A stretch of 64,000 nucleotides of DNA. Source: Candidatus Cloacimonadota bacterium (GTDB taxonomy: Bacteria > Cloacimonadota > Cloacimonadia > G963667145). Within the stretch, counting starts at the first letter, position 1. Each line of letters opens with the position of its first letter. Under the pieces are notes generated by a model that did not search any database, was not told the DNA's origin, and saw nothing but the letters and a program-made list of their open reading frames with translations. Of this stretch, positions 49,734-60,309 are shown piece after piece. The position numbers were made by a program, and so were the translations under genes. Where the stretch lies: assembly GCA_963667255.1 (NCBI GenBank), contig OY762940.1, positions 1,312,001 to 1,376,000 of the forward strand. The letters are read 5' to 3'.

Positions 49734-50939
49734 TTACACATTTTTTACAATTATAGCTGTGCCCATTCCTCCACCGATACACAAAGAAGCAAGACCAAGT
49801 TTTGCCTTGGTTTTTTTCATTTCATGAATCAGGGTAACGGCAATTCTATTACCGCTGGCACCAACTGGATGACCAAGAGCTATAGCACCCCCATTAACAT
49901 TGCAAATTCTCAAAAAATCTTCCTTTTTCACGCCATGCTCTTCTTCGAGTTCATTAATCACGCCTATACTTTGACCAGCAAAAGCCTCATTCAACTCAAT
50001 AAGCTCCATATCTTTCAAGCTAAGATCGGCAAATTTAAGAGCGTTTCTAATAGCGAGAACAGGACCAAGACCCATAACTGAAGGGTCTACACCACCTTGA
50101 CCAATGCCAATAAGCTCTACCAAAGGAGTAAGATTATATTTTTTGAGAGCCTCTTCACTTACTACCAACATAAAACTTGCACCATCGTTGATTCCTGAAC
50201 TATTACCGGCAGTAACGCTTCCGTCTTTTTTGAAAGCTGGACGAAGTTTACCAAGTTTCTCAAGATTTGTAGCACGATTTGGATATTCATCTTGATCAAC
50301 TACAACATCACCTTTCCTGGTTTTTACAACAACCTCAACAATTTCATCTTTGAAACGACCACTATCTATAGCTTTGATGGCTTTGGATTGAGAAGTGAAA
50401 GCAAATTCATCTTGTTCTTCTCTAGAAATATTGTGCTTTGCAACAACATTTTCCGCAGTAATCCCCATATGATATTTGTTATAAACATCTGTAAGAGCGT
50501 CATTAATCATATGATCTACCAAAGTCATATCACCCATTTTCATTCCAGCTCTTACTTTTGAAGGTATCAACATCGGAGCCAAACTCATAGACTCGGTGCC
50601 TCCGGCAATTATCAAATGACTAATACCAGCTTTAATACTGGCATAAGCGTTCATAACAGCTTTCATACCACTACCACAGACCATGTTAATGCTATGACCT
50701 GTAACCTCTTTGGGGATACCGGACAAAAGAGCTACCTGTCTTCCTATCCCTTGACCATGACCTGCAGGCAAAATATTACCGGCAATAACTTCATCGATAT
50801 CTTCTTTGGGGACACCTGTTTCTTCCAAAATATTTTTTACAACTATAGCACCCATCTCTCCAGGTGAAACTGTGGACAACGAACCCATGAACGAACCTAT
50901 AGCTGTTCTTTTAGCAGATACAATAAATACTCTACTCAT
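49734..50939 (-). CDS. thl: Acetyl-CoA acetyltransferase (thiolase)
   Basis: INMVCGSG, NEAFA, NVNGGAIALGHP, LCIGGGMG; ATG 50939 preferred. Confidence 0.95.
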   Translation of the reverse strand: MSRVFIVSAKRTAIGSFMGSLSTVSPGEMGAIVVKNILEETGVPKEDIDEVIAGNILPAGHGQGIGRQVALLSGIPKEVTGHSINMVCGSGMKAVMNAYASIKAGISHLIIAGGTESMSLAPMLIPSKVRAGMKMGDMTLVDHMINDALTDVYNKYHMGITAENVVAKHNISREEQDEFAFTSQSKAIKAIDSGRFKDEIVEVVVKTRKGDVVVDQDEYPNRATNLEKLGKLRPAFKKDGSVTAGNSSGINDGASFMLVVSEEALKKYNLTPLVELIGIGQGGVDPSVMGLGPVLAIRNALKFADLSLKDMELIELNEAFAGQSIGVINELEEEHGVKKEDFLRICNVNGGAIALGHPVGASGNRIAVTLIHEMKKTKAKLGLASLCIGGGMGTAIIVKNV

Positions 50940-51089
50940 TTTTTTTATCTCCATTTTAAATACAATTATAACTCACACAAAATTTCACTAATGCACAATT
51001 GCTTAATAAATTCTTAATTTTTGCAAATTTTGTAGCAAAAAATCTTCTGACAATCTAATTTTTTCTAAGAAATCGTTAAATTTTTATCC

Positions 51090-51127
51090 AAAAAAAGACG
51101 CATTCTCCACTGAGAAGAACGCGTCTT
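51090..51127 (-). terminator. Intrinsic terminator after permease
   Basis: AAGACGC..TTCTC/GAGAA..GCGTCTT with U-tract. Confidence 0.65.
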
Positions 51128-51141
51128 CCAGTGTATTAAAT

Positions 51142-52461
51142 TTAAGCAATACCCATTGAGCCCAGAATAATACCAACAACAGTAGCGACAAATGGAACAC
51201 CGATAGTACACATAGCCAAGTTAAGATAAGATTGTTTGTGGTCCAATTTACAAACTGAAAGCAAAGTGATAACAGCACCGCAGTGTGGCAAACTATCCAA
51301 CACGCCAGCAGCTATAATCATTACCCTGTGAACAACACCTGCGTTCATTCCGTTGGCAACAATAATTTGGTTAAAGGTCTCTCCCAAAGCTTCGAGAGTG
51401 AGAGCTGTACCACCTGAAGCCGAACCGATAACACCTGCCAAAGCGGTAGTTGCAAAAGAGATAGATATCAGTGGAGGACCAGGCAAAGACATAACAGCAG
51501 CTTTAAGGATAGCAAAAGCAGACAAAGCTTTGATAACACTACCGTAACCAACCTCGCAAGATGTGTTCATGATTGGTAAAAGAGATCCAATGGCACCGGC
51601 ATTAACTTCGCCTTTGATATCATCAATATAAGATCTGAAGATGATAATACAATAAACGATAGTAATAGCCAAAGCTAAAACTACAGGCCAAATACCTTTA
51701 AAAAGTCCTGATTTAGTAGCAGCAAAGTTAATGATGAAAACAAGAATAATAGGTGAAAGAGCTAACCAGAAGGAAGGAATTTTTTCATGACTTGTTTCTA
51801 CACCTTCATTAGTATGGTCACCATAAAATTCTCCTTTAGCATTAGCTTTTCTTGCTCTACTATTAAGCCACATAACGCCTAAAACATACTCAACTGCACC
51901 ACAGATAATTCCCAAAATCGGAGCCGCAAAAGTATCAGTTCCAAAATAAGGGATTGGGATAGTGTTGATGTATTGAGGTGAACCAGGCAGGGCTGTCATA
52001 GCAAAAGTAAACGCACCCAAAGCGATAGATGCAGGCAATAATCTTTTTGGCACACCGGCTTCTCTATAGAGAGTAGCACCGAGAGGGTAAATAGCAAACA
52101 CAACAACAAACAAAGAAACACCTCCATAAACCAAAAGACCTGTAGCAGTAACTACTGCAAGGATAGCCTTGTCTTTCCCTAATTTTTCTGATATAAAGTG
52201 TGAAACAGACTTAGCAGCCCCAGACACTCCCATCAGCTTACCAAAGATAGCACCGGTAATAAATACTGGGAAATAACTAGCAAAATATTTTGCAGCACCT
52301 GGCATAAATTTAGTACCGTATGCCTCAAAAAGTCCAAATTCACCTCCTGTTAAGATAATGGCGAGCATAGCCATCAGTGGTGCCAATACCAACACCGTGA
52401 TTCCACGATATGCAAAGAACATAAGACAAGCCAAAGAAATAATAATTCCTATAACATGCAT
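51142..52461 (-). CDS. GntP-superfamily permease, YxjC/3-hydroxybutyrate-permease-like
   Basis: LMFFAYRG..V.VLAP, YGGVSLFVVVF, MTALPGSPQ, LDSLPHCGAV. Confidence 0.78.
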   Translation of the reverse strand: MHVIGIIISLACLMFFAYRGITVLVLAPLMAMLAIILTGGEFGLFEAYGTKFMPGAAKYFASYFPVFITGAIFGKLMGVSGAAKSVSHFISEKLGKDKAILAVVTATGLLVYGGVSLFVVVFAIYPLGATLYREAGVPKRLLPASIALGAFTFAMTALPGSPQYINTIPIPYFGTDTFAAPILGIICGAVEYVLGVMWLNSRARKANAKGEFYGDHTNEGVETSHEKIPSFWLALSPIILVFIINFAATKSGLFKGIWPVVLALAITIVYCIIIFRSYIDDIKGEVNAGAIGSLLPIMNTSCEVGYGSVIKALSAFAILKAAVMSLPGPPLISISFATTALAGVIGSASGGTALTLEALGETFNQIIVANGMNAGVVHRVMIIAAGVLDSLPHCGAVITLLSVCKLDHKQSYLNLAMCTIGVPFVATVVGIILGSMGIA

Positions 52462-52520
52462 ATTCAATTCCTCCTGTTTTTTTTGTTTTTAAGCTAAGTA
52501 AGCTTAAATTTCTTCTTTAA

Positions 52521-54074
52521 TTATATTTCCAATTTCATTAATTCATCTTTGAAAATTCTGGCATCCATCTCTTTCAAATCATCTGAAATAGCAGGTTTGA
52601 ACTCCATCAAGTCCAAGACATCTTTTTGCAAATCAATCCCGGGAGCAATCTCAGTAAGAGTTATACCTTTTTTAGTCAACTCGAACACAGCTCTCTCAGT
52701 GATGTATTTGACAGGTTGTCCTTTCTCGATAGCGTAATCACCACTAAAAGTAACTTGCTCAACTTCTTTGATGAATTTTTTAACTTTACCTTCATTTTCA
52801 ATAACAAGCTTGCCATTGTCAGCTTTCACTTTCAATCCACCTGCAGTAAAACTACCGCAATAAGCAACTACCTTAGCATTTTGAGTAATGTTGATGAAAC
52901 CCCCACAACCGGCAATTTTAGGACCAAATTTAGAAACATTTATATTTCCTTTAGCGTCACATTGAGCCAACCCAAGAAAAGCCAAATCTAAACCACCACC
53001 ATCATAGAAATCAAATTGATAAGGTTGATCCAAAATAGCTTCAGGATGGGCAGCAGCACCAAAACTTTTGCCACCAGCGGGAACACCACCGATAGGTCCA
53101 GCTTCTACAGTAAGCACCATTTTGTCGCCTTGACCTTCTTCGTTAGCAACAACAGCTACTCCCTCAGGGACACCAATGCCAAGATTAACAATTGCATTAG
53201 GAATGAGTTCCATAGCACCTCTTCTGGCAATGATTTTCCTCATATCAAGAGGCATAGGTTGAATGGTAGCACTCGTTCCAGGTTTGTTTTCACAATACTC
53301 TTTATTAAAAGCTTCGGCATAGGTTTGCATATGATTTGCTTCATCCTTGCTCACAACAACAGTATCTACATAAATACCAGGAATTTTAATAAGTTTTGGA
53401 TCCAATTCACCAACTTTCACAACCTTTTTAACTTGCACAATTACTTTGCCACCGGAGTTTTTGCAAGCAGCAGCTATAGACAAGTTTTCGCCTGTGATAG
53501 CTTCTTCTTCCATGGTAATGTTACCGTTTTCATCAGCAAAACTTCCTCTCAAGAAAGCTACATCAATCGGGAGAAGTTTATATTTCAAATACTCTTTCCC
53601 ATCAATCTCAATAACATCTACCACATCTTCTTTGGTAATGCTGTTGATTTTACCACCTTCAACCCTGGGATCAACAAAAGTCTTCAAACCAACATGAGTA
53701 ATAGTAGCAGGTTTTTTGGCAGCAATATCTCTAAACATATGAGAAATAACGCCTTGAGGCAAATTGTATCCCTCAATCTTCTCTTCAAGAGCAAGAGCCT
53801 GAACCTTGGGTATCAATCCCCAGTGACCACCAATTACTCTTTTCAAAAGTCCTTGATGTCCGAAATAGTTTAAGCCTTTGTTACCACCATCTCCTTGACC
53901 CGCAGCAAAAATAAGAGTCAAATTTTCAGGCTTACCTTCACTCAAAAATCTTTTTTCCAAAGCCATTTCCAACTCTTCAGGCACACAGCTTCCAACAAAA
54001 CCACCGGTAGCAATAACCGCATTGTCTGGAACTAATTTTGCAGCCTCTTCGGCACTAACAATATTAACTTTCAT
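52521..54074 (-). CDS. Single-chain family I CoA-transferase (Pct/YdiF-like)
   Basis: YNLPQG, GLKTFVDPR, NLGIGVP, catalytic TVEAGP, GCGGFINI. Confidence 0.92.
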   Translation of the reverse strand: MKVNIVSAEEAAKLVPDNAVIATGGFVGSCVPEELEMALEKRFLSEGKPENLTLIFAAGQGDGGNKGLNYFGHQGLLKRVIGGHWGLIPKVQALALEEKIEGYNLPQGVISHMFRDIAAKKPATITHVGLKTFVDPRVEGGKINSITKEDVVDVIEIDGKEYLKYKLLPIDVAFLRGSFADENGNITMEEEAITGENLSIAAACKNSGGKVIVQVKKVVKVGELDPKLIKIPGIYVDTVVVSKDEANHMQTYAEAFNKEYCENKPGTSATIQPMPLDMRKIIARRGAMELIPNAIVNLGIGVPEGVAVVANEEGQGDKMVLTVEAGPIGGVPAGGKSFGAAAHPEAILDQPYQFDFYDGGGLDLAFLGLAQCDAKGNINVSKFGPKIAGCGGFINITQNAKVVAYCGSFTAGGLKVKADNGKLVIENEGKVKKFIKEVEQVTFSGDYAIEKGQPVKYITERAVFELTKKGITLTEIAPGIDLQKDVLDLMEFKPAISDDLKEMDARIFKDELMKLEI

Positions 54075-54120
54075 AGTACTCCCCTTATATTTTTTTTATT
54101 TTTTAAGAATTAAAAGCTAA

Positions 54121-54975
54121 TTATTTGTAATCGTAAAACCCTTTACCGGTCTTTCTACCAAGCCAACCAGCTTCGACATATTTCTTCAAAAGAGGACAAG
54201 GTCTATATTTGGAATCTCCAAATCCATCATACAAAACATTCATAATAGCAAGACAAGTATCAAGACCTATCAAATCGGCAAGAGCAAGAGGACCCATAGG
54301 ATGATTGGCACCAAATCTCATAATATTATCAATATCTTCTTTGGAGCCTACACCATGATACAAAGCATAAATAGCTTCGTTCAGCATAGGAATGAGTATT
54401 CTATTTAAGGCAAATCCGGGATAGTCGTTAGCCAATCCGGGAACTTTGTTCAACTTTTCACTCAATTTCCAGACAATATCAAATGTTTCATCACTGGTAG
54501 CCAAACCTCTGATGATCTCAATCAACTTCATCACAGGCACAGGATTCATAAAGTGCATACCAATAACTTTTTCCGGTCTGCTGGTAATTTTAGCAATTCT
54601 TCCGATAGGAATGGACGAAGTATTAGTAGCAAGAATAGCATCTTTTTTACAAATTTCATCCAAATTTTTGAAAATAGCAAATTTGATCTCTTCTACTTCA
54701 CTAGCAGCCTCTACCACAATATCAACATCTTTCATAGCAGAAATATCTGTAGTGACAGCAATTCTGCTCAAAATCTCTTTCTTTTGCTCTTCAGTTATTT
54801 TCTCTTTGCTCACCATTCTAGACAAATTTTTATCAATAGTAGCAAGACCTCTTTGAACAAATTCGTCTTTTATATCACACATTATAACATTAAGAGCACC
54901 TTCATTTGCAGAAACTTGAGCAATGCCATTACCCATTTGTCCTGCACCAACAACTCCAATCGTTTTTATCTCCAT
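54121..54975 (-). CDS. hbd: 3-hydroxybutyryl-CoA dehydrogenase
   Basis: [35 protein letters not shown]. Confidence 0.94.
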   Translation of the reverse strand: MEIKTIGVVGAGQMGNGIAQVSANEGALNVIMCDIKDEFVQRGLATIDKNLSRMVSKEKITEEQKKEILSRIAVTTDISAMKDVDIVVEAASEVEEIKFAIFKNLDEICKKDAILATNTSSIPIGRIAKITSRPEKVIGMHFMNPVPVMKLIEIIRGLATSDETFDIVWKLSEKLNKVPGLANDYPGFALNRILIPMLNEAIYALYHGVGSKEDIDNIMRFGANHPMGPLALADLIGLDTCLAIMNVLYDGFGDSKYRPCPLLKKYVEAGWLGRKTGKGFYDYK

Positions 54976-55112
54976 AATTAATCCCTCCTAAAATTTTCAA
55001 TAGTTTAATCCTGCAAATAGGATAAATTCAATCCCACATTATACAGGAATTAGTAGCAATTTAGCTACAACACAAGTGTTCTAAACACAATCTTCTTTAT
55101 AATTTTCAGATA

Positions 55113-55141
55113 GCTTGCTTCCCAATTTTTGGGAAGCAAGC
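55113..55141. terminator. 12-bp stem-loop after etfA
   Basis: GCTTGCTTCCCA/TGGGAAGCAAGC; no clear U-tract. Confidence 0.55.
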
Positions 55142-55154
55142 ACAATTTTACGAA

Positions 55155-56168
55155 TTAAGCACTCTTATCAGCTTTAATTTTTTTGATTTTTTCTGTTACC
55201 AAAGGAATAACTTTGAACAAATCACCAACAATACCCAAGTCTGCATTATTAAAAATAGCAGCACCCTTATCCTTATTGATAGCAATGATGAATTCAGATT
55301 CTTCCATACCGGCAACATGTTGAATAGCTCCAGAAATTCCGCAGGCAAAATAAACATTAGGTCTAACAGTTTTACCTGTTTGTCCAACTTGTCTATCGTG
55401 AGGCATCCATCCTGAGTCAACAGCAGCTCTGGAAGAAGAAACAACAGCATCAATCTCACCAGCTAATCCTTCCAACAAGTTAAAGTTCTCAGGACCACCC
55501 ATTCCTCTACCACCAGAAACCAAAATATTAGCCTCTGTAATATCAATTTTGTTGGCAGCTTCTTTTACAATATCCAAAACCTTTACTTTCATTTTGGCTT
55601 CGTCTAAGCTAACAGCAAGTTTTTCAATATCACCTTTTCTTGCCTCATCTTTTTCGTTCTTAGGCATAACACCAGGACGAACCGTAGACATCTGAGGTCT
55701 GTGATTAGGGCACATAATGGTAGCCATGAGGTTACCACCAAAAGCAGGTCTAGTCATAAGAAGACCCATATCTTCGCCAATATCCAACTTGGTACAATCA
55801 GCTGTCAAACCTGTTCCCAATCTAGAAGAAACTCTAGGAGCAAGGTCTCTACCCAAAGTGGTAGCACCCATGAGAACGATTTCCGGTTTCTTTTCGTTAA
55901 TAACTTTAGTAAAAATTTGGGCATAAGCTTCAGTATCATAAATACCCAATTTTTTATCATCTGCAACTATTACTTTGTCAGCACCGTATGCTATTAAATC
56001 TTTTGCCAATCCTCCAATATTATCACCCAAAAGAAGAGCAGAAACTTCTACATTTAAAGGTTCAGCAAGTTCTCTAGCTTTTCCTATAAGCTCTAAAGCA
56101 ACATTTTGTATTTTACATTCTCTTTGTTCTGCAAAGACAAGAATTCCTTTATAATCTTTAATGTTCAT
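55155..56168 (-). CDS. etfA: Electron transfer flavoprotein alpha subunit
   Basis: GLTADCT, RPAFGG, QVGQTGK, GISGAIQH, AINKD. Confidence 0.95.
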   Translation of the reverse strand: MNIKDYKGILVFAEQRECKIQNVALELIGKARELAEPLNVEVSALLLGDNIGGLAKDLIAYGADKVIVADDKKLGIYDTEAYAQIFTKVINEKKPEIVLMGATTLGRDLAPRVSSRLGTGLTADCTKLDIGEDMGLLMTRPAFGGNLMATIMCPNHRPQMSTVRPGVMPKNEKDEARKGDIEKLAVSLDEAKMKVKVLDIVKEAANKIDITEANILVSGGRGMGGPENFNLLEGLAGEIDAVVSSSRAAVDSGWMPHDRQVGQTGKTVRPNVYFACGISGAIQHVAGMEESEFIIAINKDKGAAIFNNADLGIVGDLFKVIPLVTEKIKKIKADKSA

Positions 56169-56179
56169 TGTAATCTCCG

Positions 56180-56962
56180 TTATATTATAAACATTTCTTT
56201 CAATTTGTCTACGATGATGTCAGCTGCAACTTTAGGCTCAACTTCGTGTACCTTACCAGCTTGTTTCGCACCCTTTGTGAAAGATTTTTTCACTTTGGTC
56301 GGAGAACCATCAAGCCCTAATTTAGTCTCATCAACAGTGATATTATCCACTGTCCAAATCTCAACTTCTTTATCAAAAGCTTCTACAATCCCTCTGATAT
56401 GCATATATCTTGGTTTGTTAGCTTCCGACAATACAGTAAGCAGACATGGAGCTTTAACCTCTACCAAATAATAACCGTCTTCTATAGCTCTTTTGATTTT
56501 CAGAACATTATCTTTTCCAAACTCCAACTCTTTGACATATGATACTTGTGGCAAATCAAGATGCTCTGCTATTTGAGGTCCCACTTGTGCAGTATCGCCA
56601 TCAATAGCTTGTCTACCCGCAATGATAATATCATATTCAAGACCTTTGATAGCAGCAGCCAAAGCTGTAGAGGTAGCCAAAGTATCTGAACCGGCAAATT
56701 TTCTATCGGTTAACAAAATTCCTCTATCAGCACCCATAGCAAACGCTTCTCTCAAGATAGCATCAGCTTGAGGAGGACCCATTGTTATCGCTGTAATATG
56801 TGCACCATATTTATCTTTAAGAACTAAGGCCTCTTCCAAAGCTGCCTTATCATCCGGATTCATAATACTAGGAACACCATCCCTTATCAATGTACCTGTC
56901 ACAGGATCTAGTCTGATTTCAGTTGTATCAGGAACCTGTTTCATACAAACTACTATTTTCAT
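56180..56962 (-). CDS. etfB: Electron transfer flavoprotein beta subunit
   Basis: KQVPD, MGPPQA, GSDTLAT, GRQAIDGDTAQVG, GSPT. Confidence 0.95.
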   Translation of the reverse strand: MKIVVCMKQVPDTTEIRLDPVTGTLIRDGVPSIMNPDDKAALEEALVLKDKYGAHITAITMGPPQADAILREAFAMGADRGILLTDRKFAGSDTLATSTALAAAIKGLEYDIIIAGRQAIDGDTAQVGPQIAEHLDLPQVSYVKELEFGKDNVLKIKRAIEDGYYLVEVKAPCLLTVLSEANKPRYMHIRGIVEAFDKEVEIWTVDNITVDETKLGLDGSPTKVKKSFTKGAKQAGKVHEVEPKVAADIIVDKLKEMFII

Positions 56963-57008
56963 TATTTCTCCCCTAAAATTTCATTATTAGTTCAAGCATA
57001 TTAAGATA

Positions 57009-58157
57009 CTAACTTAATATTGATCCTGCTATTACCATTCTTTGAACTTCAGATGTGCCTTCATAAATTTCAGTAATCTTAGCATCTCTCATCATTCTCT
57101 CCAACGGATACTCTCTTGTGTATCCATAACCACCGTGAAGCTGAACAGCTTTAGTGGTAACTTCCATAGCAGTTTCTGCAGCAAACAACTTTGCTGTAGC
57201 AGCATCTACGGAATAAGGAATGTGATTAGTTTTTTTCCAGGCAGCTTTATAAACTAATAATCTTGCAGCTTCCACTTTGGCATACATATCTGCAAGTTGG
57301 AATTGAGTATTTTGGAATTTAGCGATTGCTTTACCAAATTGTTTTCTTTCCTTAACATAACTGACAGTTTCGTCCAAAGCTCCTTGAGCAAGACCCAAAG
57401 CTTGAGCGGCAATACCAATTCTACCACCATCAAGTGTCATCATAGCGATTTTGAAACCTTTACCTTCTTGTCCAAGAAGATTCTCTTTGGGAAGTCTACA
57501 ATCTTCCATAATCAGCTCGCAAGTTGCAGAACCTCTAATTCCCATTTTTTTCTCTTTTTTGCCAACACTAAATCCGGGAGTATCAGCTTCAAGAATAAAA
57601 GCAGAAATACCTTTTAACCCTTTAGACCTGTCGGTCATTCCGATTATAATATAAATGTGAGCATAGCCTGAATTGGTAATAAAAATTTTAGACCCATTCA
57701 AAACCCACTCGTTTGTTTTTTCATCAAAATAAGCTGTAGTTTGTTGTCCGGCAGCATCAGTTCCTGCATTAGGTTCAGTCAAACCAAAAGCACCTAACCA
57801 TTCACCACTAGCCATTTTAGGCAGATACTTATCTTTTTGCTCTTGGGTGCCAAATTCCAAAATAGGACCCATTCCCAAAGAGGTGTGTGCTGATAAAATA
57901 ACTCCTGTAGTTCCACAAGCTTTTGATAACTCTTCTACTGCCATAGCATACATCAAGTTATCTCCACCTGCTCCGCCATATTCTTTCGGAATTGGGACAG
58001 ACATCAATCCCATTTTACTCATTTTCTCGACAGTCTCTATGGGGAATCTTTCTTCTTCGTCAATTTCTTCAGCTATTGGCTTAACCTCTTTCTCTACGAA
58101 TTCCCTTATACATTGCCTAAATAGTTCATGTGTTTTTGGAATCTCAAAATGCATCAT
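57009..58157 (-). CDS. bcd: Butyryl-CoA dehydrogenase
   Basis: FGLTEPNAGTDA, GSKIFITN, LDGGRIGIA, IYEGTSEVQ; adjacent to etfBA. Confidence 0.88.
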   Translation of the reverse strand: MMHFEIPKTHELFRQCIREFVEKEVKPIAEEIDEEERFPIETVEKMSKMGLMSVPIPKEYGGAGGDNLMYAMAVEELSKACGTTGVILSAHTSLGMGPILEFGTQEQKDKYLPKMASGEWLGAFGLTEPNAGTDAAGQQTTAYFDEKTNEWVLNGSKIFITNSGYAHIYIIIGMTDRSKGLKGISAFILEADTPGFSVGKKEKKMGIRGSATCELIMEDCRLPKENLLGQEGKGFKIAMMTLDGGRIGIAAQALGLAQGALDETVSYVKERKQFGKAIAKFQNTQFQLADMYAKVEAARLLVYKAAWKKTNHIPYSVDAATAKLFAAETAMEVTTKAVQLHGGYGYTREYPLERMMRDAKITEIYEGTSEVQRMVIAGSILS

Positions 58158-58209
58158 TTCCTCCTATTACTTCTCTTTTTTTTCTAAAATATTTCGCAAA
58201 AGCAGAAAA

Positions 58210-58617
58210 CTAAGCTTTTTGCATAATGGTAGCTTTACCTTTGATTAAAACCGTATCATCTTGATTATAGCAATTAGTTTCCAAAATAACAAAATTTTTC
58301 TCAGGAATAAGCTCAATAACCTTGGCTTTAGCTGTTACAGTATCGCCAATGCGTACAGGAGCCACAAATTTGAGCTCTTGACCCAAATAAATACACCCTT
58401 CACCCGGCAATTTAGTGCCCAAAACAGCAGAAATAAAACCAGCACTCAACATTCCGTGTGCAATTCTAGTCTTAAACATAGTTTTCTTAGCATGTTCTTC
58501 GTTCAGGTGAGCCGGATTGGTATCCAAAGTGATACCAGCGTACATAACAACATCAGTTTCAGTAACAGTTTTGGTAACTGAAGCTTCCATTCCTAATTTA
58601 ATATCCTCAAATTTCAT
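58210..58617 (-). CDS. MaoC/PhaJ-family (R)-specific enoyl-CoA hydratase
   Basis: DTNPAH...RIAHGML, LPGEG, F.APV.IGD. Confidence 0.9.
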   Translation of the reverse strand: MKFEDIKLGMEASVTKTVTETDVVMYAGITLDTNPAHLNEEHAKKTMFKTRIAHGMLSAGFISAVLGTKLPGEGCIYLGQELKFVAPVRIGDTVTAKAKVIELIPEKNFVILETNCYNQDDTVLIKGKATIMQKA

Positions 58618-59004
58618 TTCGAGACCTCCTCAATCTCACGACAAAACGCAGATATTCCCTTCCGTTTCAAAGAAACAACCTTTGTTTTATCCTCTATTTT
58701 ATTTTTTTTGTACACATTATAAAGAACACAGGCAAAATACAACCACAACTACTCTGAACGAAAAAATAAAATGAAACAATCAATAGTTTTTAAACCATGG
58801 AATTCTAAGCCGTGTGAACGATCACCCTTCTAATATTTGCTTTTTTTTTTGTCAATAGTTAAATTATACTTATTTTTATTTCACCAATAGAAACTTTTCA
58901 AGAATCCCTTTTCTCGTTGTAATCATAAGCAATTAGCTTTGTCGTATCTTCTCATAAAATTTAATTTTCCATATTAAAAAATTAGAAAAATGGAAATTTT
59001 GAAC

Positions 59005-59037
59005 AAAAAAAAAGGCGTATCTAAAAAAATACACCTT
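59005..59037 (-). terminator. Intrinsic terminator after cinA
   Basis: Minus strand AAGGTGTAT/ATACGCCTT with long U-tract. Confidence 0.65.
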
Positions 59038-59067
59038 ACAAAATTATTTTCTTATTGTAATTAAATT

Positions 59068-60300
59068 CTATAAAACTTCTTTACCTTTTAAAAAAATCAA
59101 AAGTTTTCCAGCAAAGAAATTGGAAGCAAACATTCGCACTGTGTTTCTGTCGCCTCTGAACACTCTGCTAAACGAAAAAACCTCTTCATCGTAGTAAATA
59201 GCAAACCAAACCAAGCCGACCGGCTTTTCCGCAGAACCTCCGTCAGGACCGGCGATTCCCGTGATAGCTCCTGCAAGCCTTGTGCCAAATTTCACAGCAA
59301 CGCCACAAGCCATAGCTTCCGCTACTTCTTGACTAACAGCACCCTTTGCCTGCAATAGCTCCTCATCAACACATAGAATATTCTTCTTAATCTCGTTGCT
59401 GTAGCTGACAACTCCACCAACAAAATAAGCAGAACTTCCAGGAATATTTACAACTGACGAAGAAAAAAGTCCGCCCGTGCAAGACTCTGCCATAGCAAAA
59501 GTTAACTTACTATCAATCAATTTACTGTGCAGTGAAGAAAACAAATCTTGTTCTCCCCGAGCAACAATATTTGCGGAAAATTTGTCTTCGATTGTTCTCA
59601 ACAATTCGGCACAATCTGCAAAATTTTCTCCATAAACTCGCAAGATAATAGAACCACCCTGTGGCAAATAAGCTAAGTTCACACCTTCTTTGATGATAAT
59701 TTCTTCCATCTTTTCGGCTATCAAAGCCTCGGGCAAACCAAACATTCTCACAGAGTTCAAATAAAATTTTTGAGGAGGAGAGATAAGTTTAATTTTCGGC
59801 AGAACAAGAGTATCCATAAAATATTTCATCTCGGAAGGCACACCGGGCAAAATAAAAATTTTCTTCTCATCGTCAACCTTGTATAGAGCAGGAGCAGTTC
59901 CAACTTCGTTTGGAAATACTTGAAAACTCTCAGGAACAAGAGCTTGAGCTTTATTATTTTTTGGAGGAATTTGCCCCGTAAATTTCATATACATATCACT
60001 TATTTGTAGCCAGATTTTATCATCAAAAAGCAATTTTCTCCCAAAATATTCGGAAATCGCTCCTCGGGTAATATCATCGTCGGTAGGTCCCAATCCTCCG
60101 GTGCACACCACTACCGAAGCCAAACTGTAAGAGTAATCCAAAATTTTTAAGATATCCTCTTTTTTATCTCTGCAAACCAAATTCGCAACAACACTATACC
60201 CAAACTCAGTTAATTTTTCGCCGATGAAACAGACATTTGTATTTACTGTTTTGCCCATCAACAGTTCATTGCCAATAGACAAAATGACTATTTTTAGCAT
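59068..60300 (-). CDS. cinA: CinA (MocF plus PncC/NMN deamidase domains)
   Basis: IGNELL.G, TGGLGPTDDD, LPGVPSEM, AESCTGG, GAVS, TGIAGP. Confidence 0.93.
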   Translation of the reverse strand: MLKIVILSIGNELLMGKTVNTNVCFIGEKLTEFGYSVVANLVCRDKKEDILKILDYSYSLASVVVCTGGLGPTDDDITRGAISEYFGRKLLFDDKIWLQISDMYMKFTGQIPPKNNKAQALVPESFQVFPNEVGTAPALYKVDDEKKIFILPGVPSEMKYFMDTLVLPKIKLISPPQKFYLNSVRMFGLPEALIAEKMEEIIIKEGVNLAYLPQGGSIILRVYGENFADCAELLRTIEDKFSANIVARGEQDLFSSLHSKLIDSKLTFAMAESCTGGLFSSSVVNIPGSSAYFVGGVVSYSNEIKKNILCVDEELLQAKGAVSQEVAEAMACGVAVKFGTRLAGAITGIAGPDGGSAEKPVGLVWFAIYYDEEVFSFSRVFRGDRNTVRMFASNFFAGKLLIFLKGKEVL

Positions 60301-60309
60301 ATGACCTCT

